44,322 bases of DNA from Thermoplasmatota archaeon (GTDB lineage: Archaea; Thermoplasmatota; E2; DHVEG-1), in assembly GCA_016936135.1 (NCBI GenBank), contig JAFGPP010000143.1, forward strand, positions 1-44,322. Reading direction: 5' to 3'. This document shows, piece after piece, positions 28,842 through 38,413 of this stretch. The notes below the pieces were generated by a model that was given only the letters and a program-made list of their open reading frames with translations, did no database searches and was not told where the DNA came from. A program made the position numbers and the translations under genes. Positions within the stretch are counted from its first letter, which is position 1; each line of letters starts with the position of its first letter.

Positions 28842-30074
28842 ATGGTAAAACATGACTGTTCTTCGGTTCATCAACGGGATGCTGAGATGGCTTGCCCAGT
28901 ATGTAATTGTAAACCATTGCATGTTTTTTGGGAGTTATCTGATGTTCCCATTTTCTGTAATCTTTTATGGACTAACCAAAATGAAGCGCGGAACTGCCAA
29001 AAAGGGGAAGTTAGACTAGCCTTTTGTGGTACCTGTGGTCACATAGTGAATGTGGCTTTCGACCCTGATCTAGTCGATTATTCGCAAATCTATGAAAATC
29101 CTTTAGATTTTTCACCTAGATTTCAAGTGTATACCCAGTCATTAGCTAACTTGCTGATTGAGCGATATGAGCTTCACGATAAAGATATTATTTCTATTGG
29201 ATGCGGAAATGGTCATTTTCTATCAACATTATGCGAAATTGGAAACAACAGGGGTGTAGGTTTTGACCCCTCACTCCATGAAAGAACAGAACAATTGGAT
29301 GTCACCAATAAAATCAAGTTGATTAAGGACTATTATTCTGAGCAGTATTCAGCTTATCCGTGTGATCTGGTTGTTTGTAGGCATGTTTTAGAACATATAC
29401 ACAATCCGAAAAATTTTCTAATGACGTTACGTCATACACTCGATAAATTTCAGAATACAGTAATATTTTTTGAAGTGCCAAACGCGGTGAATATCTTTCG
29501 AAATCTTTTTGTCTGGGATATTATTTATGAGCATTATTCATATTTCACACCAACTTCTTTGGCATGTCTTTTTTTAGTATCTGGTTTCAATGTCAGTGAT
29601 CTTTCTGAGAGTTACGAGAGTCAATTTCTTGGCATTAATGCTACATTGAGTGACAAAGCTGTTTCAGATTTTTCTAAGCAAGCAAGAGGAATTGATCATA
29701 TAGCGCGTGGTGTAGCACGATTTGCATCAAGCTATAATGATTTAGTTAATGAATGGAGACAAAAACTAGAACAGAGAAAAGATGATGGACAACGTGTTGT
29801 TATTTGGGGTACGGGATCTAAAGGTGTTACTTTCCTGAATGCTTTCAAGAATTCTCCTATAGAATATGCTGTAGATATTAATCCTAAGAAACAAGGCAAA
29901 TTTGTTGCAGGGACGGGCCAACTGATTGTATCGCCTCAATTTTTACGTGATTATAAGCCAGACTTTGTTGTGGTTATGAACCCGATTTATGGACGCGAAA
30001 TCCAAAATTTTCTTGATACTCTTGGGGTTTCGGCTACTATTGAATATCCTTTACCATCTGTTTATGGAAAATAG
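28842..30074 (+). CDS. Zinc-binding class I SAM methyltransferase, sugar C-methyltransferase family (paralog of 26239)
   Basis: CPVC...CGTC, SIGCGNG, RHVLEH, WDIIYEHYSYF, WGTGSKGVTFL and MNPIY..EI. The start is uncertain. Confidence 0.88.
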   Translation: MVKHDCSSVHQRDAEMACPVCNCKPLHVFWELSDVPIFCNLLWTNQNEARNCQKGEVRLAFCGTCGHIVNVAFDPDLVDYSQIYENPLDFSPRFQVYTQSLANLLIERYELHDKDIISIGCGNGHFLSTLCEIGNNRGVGFDPSLHERTEQLDVTNKIKLIKDYYSEQYSAYPCDLVVCRHVLEHIHNPKNFLMTLRHTLDKFQNTVIFFEVPNAVNIFRNLFVWDIIYEHYSYFTPTSLACLFLVSGFNVSDLSESYESQFLGINATLSDKAVSDFSKQARGIDHIARGVARFASSYNDLVNEWRQKLEQRKDDGQRVVIWGTGSKGVTFLNAFKNSPIEYAVDINPKKQGKFVAGTGQLIVSPQFLRDYKPDFVVVMNPIYGREIQNFLDTLGVSATIEYPLPSVYGK

Positions 30075-30110
30075 ACCAAGTGATTGTAGAATATTTTTTT
30101 AGTGATAAAT

Positions 30111-31703
30111 ATGGACAGAGCTTTAAAAACGGGTAAAGATGTAGTAAAAGGCAGTTTCTGGCTATTCACTGGAAGAACAATCTCCACTGTTCTCCTAGCT
30201 GTTGGAACTATAATTTTGGGATTTTACATTGACGAACTGGACTATGGATTATACACTATAGCATTGATTCTTCCAGTCACGCTTCTTTTATTTCAGGATT
30301 GGGGGGTCTCTTCTGCCATGACGAAATATTGTTCTCAGTATAAAAGTGAAAAAAGAGAGGGAGACTTGAGAAAGCTCATTAAAGTTGCATTAATCTTTGG
30401 GATTGTAACCGCTAGTGTATTAACAATATTTTCATTATTGGTGTCCAACTTTGTAGCTACATTACTTTTTAGTAATGAAAATGCATTTCCTTATATAACA
30501 ATTGCATCAATATCGATTTTGCCTTCTTCGTTCTTAGCTCTCATTCAGTCAATTCTTATTGGATTTGAAAGAATGAGGCTTAACAGTGTATTAATTATTT
30601 GTCAAGCTGCTATTCAATCTGTTTTATCAATATTACTGGTGTATCTAAACTTTGGTGCATTGGGGGCAACCGTTGGTTATAGCTTTTCATTTGTAGGTGC
30701 ATCTATTTTAGCCCTTTTTATATTATACTTTAAAATTTTAAAGGGTCTTCCCAGCGAGTCTGAATCTTCTATTTCGATAACGAAAGGTCAAATATTGAAG
30801 CTGTTATTATCGTTTGGGGTTCCTCTTGGTGTAGCGACCATTCTAGGGGGAATCTTGCCACAGTTCACTTCTTTTATTATGGCTTCTTCTGTAGATGAAG
30901 TACTCATTGGGAATTATAAGATCGCGCATAATTTTGCGACAATGTTAACTTTCGTTACATTTCCCATTTTTACTGTTTTATTTCCTGCTTATTCAAAATT
31001 TGATCCGGATCGTGAACTTCACCTTCTTAAATCAATTTTTTCTTCTTCGGTGAAATATGTTACTTTTCTATTAGTTCCTGTAACTTTGGCGTTGATGGTT
31101 CTAGCAGAACCGCTTATTAGCACATTATATGCTGACAAGTGGTCTTATGCACCACTTTTCTTGTCTGTTGGAGTAATAGGAAATCTGTTGATAGTTTTTG
31201 GAAATGTTAATGTGAATAGTCTTCTTACAGGTTTGGGAAAAACAAAAGTTCTAATGAAATTGAAAATATTGACTATTATTATTGGTATTCCTTCATCATT
31301 TGTACTAATTCCTCAATTTAATATAATTGGGTTAATTATTACTGGGCTACTGGCAAACACACCCTCTATGGCTATTAGCCTTTACTACATATGGAAACAT
31401 TACAGAATTAAGGCAGAATTTAGAACTTCCGCAAAAATATTTCTTGCCTCCAGCATATCCGCTTTATGCACTTGGATATTTTTGAGAACTGTTACTGAGG
31501 CGGCGTGGGTTATGCTATCTTGTGGTACTGTAATTTTTCTGGTGACATATGTTATTTTTTCACCTTTAGTAGAAGCAGTAACTCAAGATGATATACGCAA
31601 CCTTAGAGTCATGTTTTCCAGTTTAGGAATTGTGTCTCGGCTGGTCAACATTCCATTATTGTTAATGAACAAGATCCTAAAACTGAAGAATAAAAACCCA
31701 TGA
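30111..31703 (+). CDS. Wzx/MOP-family oligosaccharide flippase
   Basis: About 14 hydrophobic segments, YGLY, D.GVSSAMTKY, GFERM, IGNY..A and LFPAYS. Confidence 0.9.
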   Translation: MDRALKTGKDVVKGSFWLFTGRTISTVLLAVGTIILGFYIDELDYGLYTIALILPVTLLLFQDWGVSSAMTKYCSQYKSEKREGDLRKLIKVALIFGIVTASVLTIFSLLVSNFVATLLFSNENAFPYITIASISILPSSFLALIQSILIGFERMRLNSVLIICQAAIQSVLSILLVYLNFGALGATVGYSFSFVGASILALFILYFKILKGLPSESESSISITKGQILKLLLSFGVPLGVATILGGILPQFTSFIMASSVDEVLIGNYKIAHNFATMLTFVTFPIFTVLFPAYSKFDPDRELHLLKSIFSSSVKYVTFLLVPVTLALMVLAEPLISTLYADKWSYAPLFLSVGVIGNLLIVFGNVNVNSLLTGLGKTKVLMKLKILTIIIGIPSSFVLIPQFNIIGLIITGLLANTPSMAISLYYIWKHYRIKAEFRTSAKIFLASSISALCTWIFLRTVTEAAWVMLSCGTVIFLVTYVIFSPLVEAVTQDDIRNLRVMFSSLGIVSRLVNIPLLLMNKILKLKNKNP

Positions 31704-31965
31704 CGTTGTCAATCTATCTGAGAATTAGACCCTACCTATTTGCAGTGAACTTATTGTCTAACAATAGTAGAGAGCGCAATGAAGGTTCTGGCTAATTTTT
31801 CTGTTCTTAGGCTTGAACTTGATAGATAAACTGTAGACCGTTAGATCTAACACTCGATTTTATCATTTTTGTTTCTTGAAAATATTGGGTGCTGAAAACT
31901 TAGGAAAAATTAATAATTGATTAGCTCAGCATCATTGTATGATGGGACAAGTGAAGGATAGTTTC

Positions 31966-32172
31966 ATGATGTTTCCCCTAGATTTTTGGGATTTAAGTTC
32001 TTTTTTTGCGTTTATGGCTTTGATACTTATTGTCACTTATGGACTGCTTTCACAAAATCAAGGCGAAGCAAAAGTTTTGATTAACCTGAAAAGATTAGAA
32101 AGAATTGCAATAGTGTTTTCGTTACTTTTTTTGGCAACTGTAATTTTTAGATTATTACTGTCGTTTTTTTAA
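31966..32172 (+). CDS. Small two-TM membrane protein
   Basis: MMFPLDFWDLS..FA..ALIL...LLS...INLKRL...A...SLLFLATV..R. The ORF track starts at 31939. Confidence 0.7.
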   Translation: MMFPLDFWDLSSFFAFMALILIVTYGLLSQNQGEAKVLINLKRLERIAIVFSLLFLATVIFRLLLSFF

Positions 32173-32198
32173 ATATGAATTATTTTTTTGTTACTGTG

Positions 32199-32417
32199 TT
32201 ATGTTCTGGTATTTTTTTGTTTTCCCCATTTAAGCTTATTCCAGAATCGTTCGTGGAAATAATACAGTATCATTGTAATTGCGTTGTATGTTGTTCCAAT
32301 TGCTACAGATACATCAATTTTTCCCGTTAATAGGTATGCAGTAACGATACTTACAATTATGCATATGACTCTCCAGGTGACTGATTTAACTATTGATCTT
32401 TTTTTTGAGTCAAACAT
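32199..32417 (-). CDS. DUF2061 domain small membrane protein
   Basis: RSIVKSVTWR...YYFHERFW.K.KWG signature. AAGGT RBS. Confidence 0.85.
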   Translation of the reverse strand: MFDSKKRSIVKSVTWRVICIIVSIVTAYLLTGKIDVSVAIGTTYNAITMILYYFHERFWNKLKWGKQKNTRT

Positions 32418-32526
32418 GACATTACCTTTTATGGATGGATTTATAAAGTTTAGATGTGCTTTCAGATAAAATTGATTGTTTTTATGGATTGGTCTTGGCT
32501 ATTTTGTATTCTTGAGTTGTTAATGC

Positions 32527-32553
32527 TTTATCAAATAATGTTTATCAAATAAT
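32527..32553. repeat. 13-bp direct repeat (period 14) in a divergent promoter region
   Basis: TTTATCAAATAAT at 32527-32539 and 32541-32553. Confidence 0.6.
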
Positions 32554-32618
32554 AATATAATATTGTGACGGGACATTTGTTCTGTCTTTATATTTGTGAA
32601 ATACTAAAAGAGGAAAAA

Positions 32619-33476
32619 ATGATGTATATTGAAAAAGGGTATTCATATGAGCCTGCAAGCAAATTGATTATTACTTTAGCTCCTACGGGAATGATACCTA
32701 CAAAAGAAGACACAAAGAATGTTCCTTTAACGCCCGATGAAATTGTTAAAGACGCGTATGAGGGTTATAAATTAGGGGTTTCTATAGTCCATATCCATGC
32801 GCGAGATGAGCAAGGTAAGCCGACTCATAAAAAAGCGTATTTTGAAGAGATTTTTGAAGGCATAAAAAGAAAGTGTCCGGATGTGATTATTTGTGCTACA
32901 ACTAGCGGTCGAGTGGATCCACAAGTTGAACATCGCTCAGAAGTTTTGGATCTTTATCCCGAAATGGCGAGCTTAACTATGGGTTCTTTGAATTTTCCTC
33001 GTCATCCAAGCGTTAATTCTTTAGAAACAATTATGAAATTGGCGAAAATGATGACTGAAAGAAGCATTTGTCCTGAACTTGAAATATTTGAGCCCGGGTT
33101 TATTAATACAGCCAAGTATTTGGTGCACATAGGCATTCTAAGGGAGCCTTTGCATTTTAATCTGTTATTGGGTTCTTTAGGGTCAATGTCTGCGAGTTTA
33201 CGTGATTTGTCTTTTCTTGTTGATTCACTTCCTTCTGGGAGTACATGGTCGGCAACGGGAATTGGTAGATTTCAAACACAAATAAATGCTGCAGCAATAT
33301 TGATGGGGGGGCATGTACGTGTTGGAATTGAGGACAGTATATATTATAGTTATCCAAAGAAAGAGTTGGCAACCAATACTGATTTGGTGAAAAGGATAGT
33401 AAGGTTAGCAACTGAATTAGGTAGAGATGTTGCCACTCCTTCAGAAGCAAGAAACATTTTAGGGCTTTCTATATGA
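32619..33476 (+). CDS. Beta-keto acid cleavage enzyme (BKACE/Kce, DUF849 family)
   Basis: IITLAPTG, P.TPDEI, HIHARD (Zn ligands), PEMASL..GSLNF, PELEIF and GGHVRVGIED. ATG 32619 follows GAGG. Confidence 0.92.
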   Translation: MMYIEKGYSYEPASKLIITLAPTGMIPTKEDTKNVPLTPDEIVKDAYEGYKLGVSIVHIHARDEQGKPTHKKAYFEEIFEGIKRKCPDVIICATTSGRVDPQVEHRSEVLDLYPEMASLTMGSLNFPRHPSVNSLETIMKLAKMMTERSICPELEIFEPGFINTAKYLVHIGILREPLHFNLLLGSLGSMSASLRDLSFLVDSLPSGSTWSATGIGRFQTQINAAAILMGGHVRVGIEDSIYYSYPKKELATNTDLVKRIVRLATELGRDVATPSEARNILGLSI

Positions 33477-34501
33477 ATGAAACTGCTAATCTGCTTAAAT
33501 CTGTATGTCAGAGTGTTTCAAAAGAGCGTCTTGTTAACGATTTTAAAAGACTCGGTTTAAAGATTGGAGACCATATTGCAGTTTCGTTATCCTTTAAGAG
33601 TATTGGATATGTTGAGGGTGGAGCTGAAGCATTTTTAGATGCATTGCTTGAGGTGGTTGGTCCAAAGGGAACAATAATGATGAATACGTATACTTTCTCT
33701 TTTTATTTGTGCAAAATTCCCAATGACTATATTTTTGAAATTGAAAAGACTATGCCTTATACTGGTCTTGTACCTTATACGCTAACTAATCGTGAAGGGT
33801 CAATTAGGAGTCGGCATCCTACAAATTCGGTTGTATGTATAGGTCAAATGGCTAGGTATCTTACTGATGGTCATGATGAAAATTCACAACCCTTTTTACC
33901 GTATGAGAAACTTGCGAAAATTAATGGGAAATATTTGGCTATTGGGATAGGGAACAGGCTTGTAGGGTTACGTCATGAAGCGCAGAGGAAAGCTGGACTT
34001 TTTGTTGTTCCTATTATTCAGGGGGTAAAGTTTAGAGATTCTAAAGGAAAAATTAAATTGTTTGTCCGGTTAGGAACTCCATGTGTTAAAAATCTGCCTG
34101 TATTAGTTCCTAGGCTTGAGTGTTTGGGGGCTTTGAAGCGTGGAAACATTGGGATGGCTAGTGCAATCTTTGGGTCTGTAGACAAATTGGTCAATCTTAT
34201 GGCGTCCATGTTAAAGGATGATCCGACACTCAATTTGTGTGATGACTGGTTTTGTTACAAGTGTCGAGAACTGGAAAGAAGGTTAGATCTTTATAATAGA
34301 ATTGTTTCTCCTAAGCTTTTTCAGAGGAATAGATTTCTAAGAACTGTTCTAAGTTGGAGAAACAATCTTTTTCTTTTAGAAATGAACTGTGGAGATACTT
34401 TGAATGTACCGAATTGGTTAATGCCAATTTCACGAATTTTTGGTGTTTTTCAACGATTTATTGCTAAGATGCCTATCTTTAGGGGTTTGCATTATATTTG
34501 A
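33473..34501 (+). CDS. AAC(3)/YokD-family N-acyltransferase
   Basis: LGL..GD.I, S.KSIG.V.GGA, VG..GTIMM, TG.VP and RS.HP..S. ATGA overlap with the BKACE stop. C-terminal CxxxxCxxC. Confidence 0.82.
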   Translation: MNETANLLKSVCQSVSKERLVNDFKRLGLKIGDHIAVSLSFKSIGYVEGGAEAFLDALLEVVGPKGTIMMNTYTFSFYLCKIPNDYIFEIEKTMPYTGLVPYTLTNREGSIRSRHPTNSVVCIGQMARYLTDGHDENSQPFLPYEKLAKINGKYLAIGIGNRLVGLRHEAQRKAGLFVVPIIQGVKFRDSKGKIKLFVRLGTPCVKNLPVLVPRLECLGALKRGNIGMASAIFGSVDKLVNLMASMLKDDPTLNLCDDWFCYKCRELERRLDLYNRIVSPKLFQRNRFLRTVLSWRNNLFLLEMNCGDTLNVPNWLMPISRIFGVFQRFIAKMPIFRGLHYI

Positions 34502-34719
34502 TTCTGCTATCAACTTGTTGAGCAAGTTCGAAAGTGTTTGTCAGTTGTCAAAATTTATCTTTTTTAGATTCTGGGTTTATGTGGATTAGTTTGACGATGA
34601 AAGGAGTATGAAACGACTATCTTTTCTGTGTCTTATTTCATAAAAGTAGAAGTTATTAGGTAGTTCTGCAGCTTTTCGAGTACCTTGTTTAAATTTTTAA
34701 TTGAAGTGAGGGTTTTATC

Positions 34720-37029
34720 ATGAAGGTGCGTGGACTTTTCGTTCCTCTTTCTTTGGTATTGGTTTGCGTTATGTTAATTGGGTTAATGCAGTTTCCGCTA
34801 ATAGCAAAAGGACAAGGTGAAAACTGGCTGAGTGGATGGGACTACCGCAAGAGCGTCATAGTAAAAAGTGGCCTGCATGTGATTTCTGTTCATTATGGAT
34901 CTGGAAGCGATGTTTTGGGGCATACGTATCTGAATGGATTGTGTCAGACAGATTTTGATGATATACGCTTCACTAATTCAGATGGTGTGACATTGATTGA
35001 TTCTGTGACTGTTCGTATACGCGTGATTGGTGATTATGCCGAGTTTAAGGTGGATGTTGTAGAATCGCCAATCTATGTTTATTATGGTAACTCTGAAGTA
35101 TCTGGCTTTTATGAGAACGCAGTTTTAACTTCTGGTTCTATAGGAGATACGGATGATTTAACCCAAAGCTATACTCCTCCTAGTGATGGGGGACAAATTT
35201 CGGGAATTGCCAGAGCCTCACCAGTTACGGGTTTTGCCCTTTCGTTGGAAGCTGTGATAAGTAGTGAAGATGGTGGCTCTGCCCAAATGGCATTGTTACT
35301 TATGAGTACGTCCTATGAACAAATTAACTATAATCAGGTTTACGGTAGAAGAATAGTTGCTCTCACAGATGTAAAAAATATTCCTTCCTCGGATAAGCAT
35401 CGGGAGGTGTTCACGTTTAATACGCCTGTTCCAATTTTTAGAGGCACAGTATATGGAATAGCGTTATGGGCTAGTAATGAGATAACAGTTTGGTATGAGT
35501 CTGGTGCAGGTGAAGGTTCATTCTTTCTTCCCGGAGGTTTTAGCGGTGATATGGTTCTTCATACAAGTTCGCTTGGAACTCAAGCGCTTGGTCGCTTTAT
35601 GAACTATGAACAGGTAGATGAGGATGAGCAGAATATCTTGTTTAGAGATAATGCTGATTATACGAAATCCCGTAGCATGTGGCACCATCACTATGAAACA
35701 AATGGTGAAATAGGTGCAGAAGCAGGTCAAGGAATAGGCGGCTCATATGCTTTTAACTCGACCGTTACTGCCACTAGCGGCATCGGATATGGTGAATTAT
35801 CAGTCAAAAACCCATTTGAGGATGGAGACAAGAGATTCTGGTCCGGTGTTGTCCGATTATCAACATTACCTAGGTTGGATTCTCATATTGAACTTATGGC
35901 TGTAACGCATTTTGAACCATTTTACGGAATTAACGGTTTCGGTGTTGACAGAACTGACGACGGAGTCCAATGGAGACTATCTGCAAGAAACATAAATTAT
36001 CAGTGGTCACATACACTTTTTGGCGAAGTTGAGGCAGATACAGATTATTTTGTTATACTAAGCTATGAACTAGATGGCTCTGACGCGATAACTAAAGTCT
36101 GGATAACAGAACTTGACGAACAGCAATTGCTTGAGGAAACATCCCCTACAGAAACGTTAACGGTAACAAATGATGTTATTGGAGACTGCTTTTTTATAGG
36201 AGCAGCTAATTATCCATTTGAAGATGTGACAGCAACATCAGCATTTTTCGATGAAATGACATTAACAGAAACTTTCCCCAAAACCTTTGGCACATGGGGA
36301 AACGAAGAAATCTTCACAGAGTCACCAAAATTTACATCTGATGGAGTTGTGTCTGGGGCAAGTTATTCAACTGATCCAATATCACCCGGATCGATTTCCT
36401 CAATTTTTGGTGAATATCTTGCGCTTGAAATTGATTCAGCAGAAGTATTGCCTTTACCTAAAACGCTAGGTGGAACCACAGTCTATCTGGATGATATTGA
36501 ATGTCCGTTGTATTACGTTTCACCTGAACAGATTAATTTTCAGGTGCCCTATGAGCTTGAGGGAGAGAATGTTGCGTTAATGGTAATTGAATGCGATGGA
36601 ATATCAAGTATACCTGTTTCAATTGCTATCGCTTCCGTGAATCCGGGAATCTTTACAACAAACATGCAGGGGACAGGAGCTGGTTGTGTGTTGCATAATT
36701 CTGACTCGTCTTTAGTAACATCAATCAATCCAGCGACTAGGGGCGAATACCTCCAGATTTACTGTACAGGGTTAGGTTTAGTTAATCCAGATGTTGAGAC
36801 TGGAGCGGCTGCTTCATCGGATCCGTTGTGTCATACGTTGGTAACTCCTGTCGTGATTATTGGTGGAGTGGAAGCAGATGTGTTGTATTCAGGATTAGCT
36901 CCAGGTTTTGTAGGGTTGTATCAGGTTAATGTCCAAGTGCCGGAAACTGCGCCTTTAGGTGAAGACGTCTCTTTGTTGATATCTGTTGTAGGGATTGAGA
37001 GTAATGTGGTCACTCTTGCTATCCAATGA
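34720..37029 (+). CDS. Secreted multidomain protein: DUF2341-like N-terminus plus TIGR03437 (Solibacter-type) C-terminal domain
   Basis: Signal peptide, then WLSGWDYRK, DFDDIRFT and IYVYYGN. From about aa 536: GASY..ISPGS..SIFG, PL.YVSP.QINFQVP, PGIFT, NPA.RGE...Y.TGLG and YSGLAPGFVGLYQVNVQVP. Confidence 0.85.
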   Translation: MKVRGLFVPLSLVLVCVMLIGLMQFPLIAKGQGENWLSGWDYRKSVIVKSGLHVISVHYGSGSDVLGHTYLNGLCQTDFDDIRFTNSDGVTLIDSVTVRIRVIGDYAEFKVDVVESPIYVYYGNSEVSGFYENAVLTSGSIGDTDDLTQSYTPPSDGGQISGIARASPVTGFALSLEAVISSEDGGSAQMALLLMSTSYEQINYNQVYGRRIVALTDVKNIPSSDKHREVFTFNTPVPIFRGTVYGIALWASNEITVWYESGAGEGSFFLPGGFSGDMVLHTSSLGTQALGRFMNYEQVDEDEQNILFRDNADYTKSRSMWHHHYETNGEIGAEAGQGIGGSYAFNSTVTATSGIGYGELSVKNPFEDGDKRFWSGVVRLSTLPRLDSHIELMAVTHFEPFYGINGFGVDRTDDGVQWRLSARNINYQWSHTLFGEVEADTDYFVILSYELDGSDAITKVWITELDEQQLLEETSPTETLTVTNDVIGDCFFIGAANYPFEDVTATSAFFDEMTLTETFPKTFGTWGNEEIFTESPKFTSDGVVSGASYSTDPISPGSISSIFGEYLALEIDSAEVLPLPKTLGGTTVYLDDIECPLYYVSPEQINFQVPYELEGENVALMVIECDGISSIPVSIAIASVNPGIFTTNMQGTGAGCVLHNSDSSLVTSINPATRGEYLQIYCTGLGLVNPDVETGAAASSDPLCHTLVTPVVIIGGVEADVLYSGLAPGFVGLYQVNVQVPETAPLGEDVSLLISVVGIESNVVTLAIQ

Positions 37030-37084
37030 TAATCTGTCGAGATATAATGATTTCTTTGTAAAATGGGTTACATATTATGGATAG

Positions 37085-38413
37085 CTAGTTTTGTAGACGG
37101 CTTAAATATGTGGAGATGAGATTTATTTCATGTGAGATGCTGGCTAATGCCAGAAGTAAGCAAAAAATGGTTAACGTTATTACTTTGATTTTTGTCGAGA
37201 GGCTAATTGTTTGCCATCCATATATAAAATAACCTACCGCCAGACCCGTAATGACCATAATGTATCTCTCAGATATGTCGATAGCTATTGTCATCATAAA
37301 TTGAATAGATGCTAAAGCAATAGAGATTGCCATGGTGAATAGCATAATTGTTAATGTTATGTTTTTCTTAGGATATGTTATCTTGTTCTGAAAGAATCTG
37401 AAAAATATTTTCTGCGGCAATATATCTAAAAAAATACGAATTATGATAATAGCAGGTACAATCCACCAAATAGTTGTTATAATTTGATATATTATTTGAT
37501 TGTGTGCGTTAGGATATGGTAAGAATGCAGAATTAAAAACTACATTAAGAAAGTGCTGAAATGCATGGATTATGTTATTCGGCATGGTGAGATCTTCTAG
37601 ATAAATTGCCTGGATAATAGCTTGGGTACCCGTGAAGTCGCTATATAACGCATAATTTCTTGCGAAAAACCATAGACATAGGACCGCTGAAATGGAATAA
37701 ATAATGATAAGGTGTTTCAATTTGATCGCGATTGATTTTTTCTTCACAAGAACTAAGTAGCATGCTGAAATGGTTGGGATAAGAATTATCAATGCTGTCA
37801 ACTTGGTGAGGCCTGCCAATCCAATTAATATCCCAAGAATTATAGTGATCTTGGTGCTGGTCTCAATTTTCTTTTCATATGCCTGGTAGAAGACGAGAAG
37901 AGTTGCCGCCACAAGAAATTGTGCTGCTATGTCGTTACTTATTCTAATGGCTTGAAAAGCCCATGATGGTAATGTAATAATTACTGACAACGATCCTAGA
38001 GCTATGAATTCACTATGTGTAATTTTTTTAAGCAAATAATAGTACGCTAGTAGAGTTAATGTTGAGAATATGATGCTTACTCCTCGAGCAATATATGCTT
38101 TTGAAATCATAGAATCGGTTAAATTAATGAAAAAAGCGCAGAATGCATAATAAATTGGAGGTTGAACCCCTTCATATGACGATCCGCCAGTGATATCGAA
38201 AGCGTACCATCCCCATGCATGTACTGAGTCAATTATCTCTGGAGTTATTGCACCAATCGCTTCAGGGGTTATAATATTTTCCTTCTCCCAATGTCCTACC
38301 GATTTAGCTAGTTCGAATACTTGATTAGAAATTGAATCCTCATAGATGTTTATCAGCCAGTTTCCATTACTGACCTTTATTACATAATCAAAGTGAAATA
38401 GTTCATCTGACAT
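37085..38413 (-). CDS. GT-C fold membrane glycosyltransferase (ArnT/PMT-like); the true start may lie upstream, near 38530
   Basis: DE..H..Y, QPPIYY, AR.VS, ISND, GLAGLTK and WFF.RN...Y.D..G. Many TMs. Confidence 0.85.
   Translation of the reverse strand: MSDELFHFDYVIKVSNGNWLINIYEDSISNQVFELAKSVGHWEKENIITPEAIGAITPEIIDSVHAWGWYAFDITGGSSYEGVQPPIYYAFCAFFINLTDSMISKAYIARGVSIIFSTLTLLAYYYLLKKITHSEFIALGSLSVIITLPSWAFQAIRISNDIAAQFLVAATLLVFYQAYEKKIETSTKITIILGILIGLAGLTKLTALIILIPTISACYLVLVKKKSIAIKLKHLIIIYSISAVLCLWFFARNYALYSDFTGTQAIIQAIYLEDLTMPNNIIHAFQHFLNVVFNSAFLPYPNAHNQIIYQIITTIWWIVPAIIIIRIFLDILPQKIFFRFFQNKITYPKKNITLTIMLFTMAISIALASIQFMMTIAIDISERYIMVITGLAVGYFIYGWQTISLSTKIKVITLTIFCLLLALASISHEINLISTYLSRLQN

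Noticed and set aside
31840-31851. 12-bp palindrome GTTAGATCTAAC after the flippase
   Set aside because: A single short palindrome is expected by chance in 44 kb, and it was not seen repeated elsewhere.
33473-34501. AAC(3) as an aminoglycoside resistance gene
   Set aside because: Divergent motifs, coupling to BKACE, a glycan-locus context and no mobile element point to a biosynthetic role.
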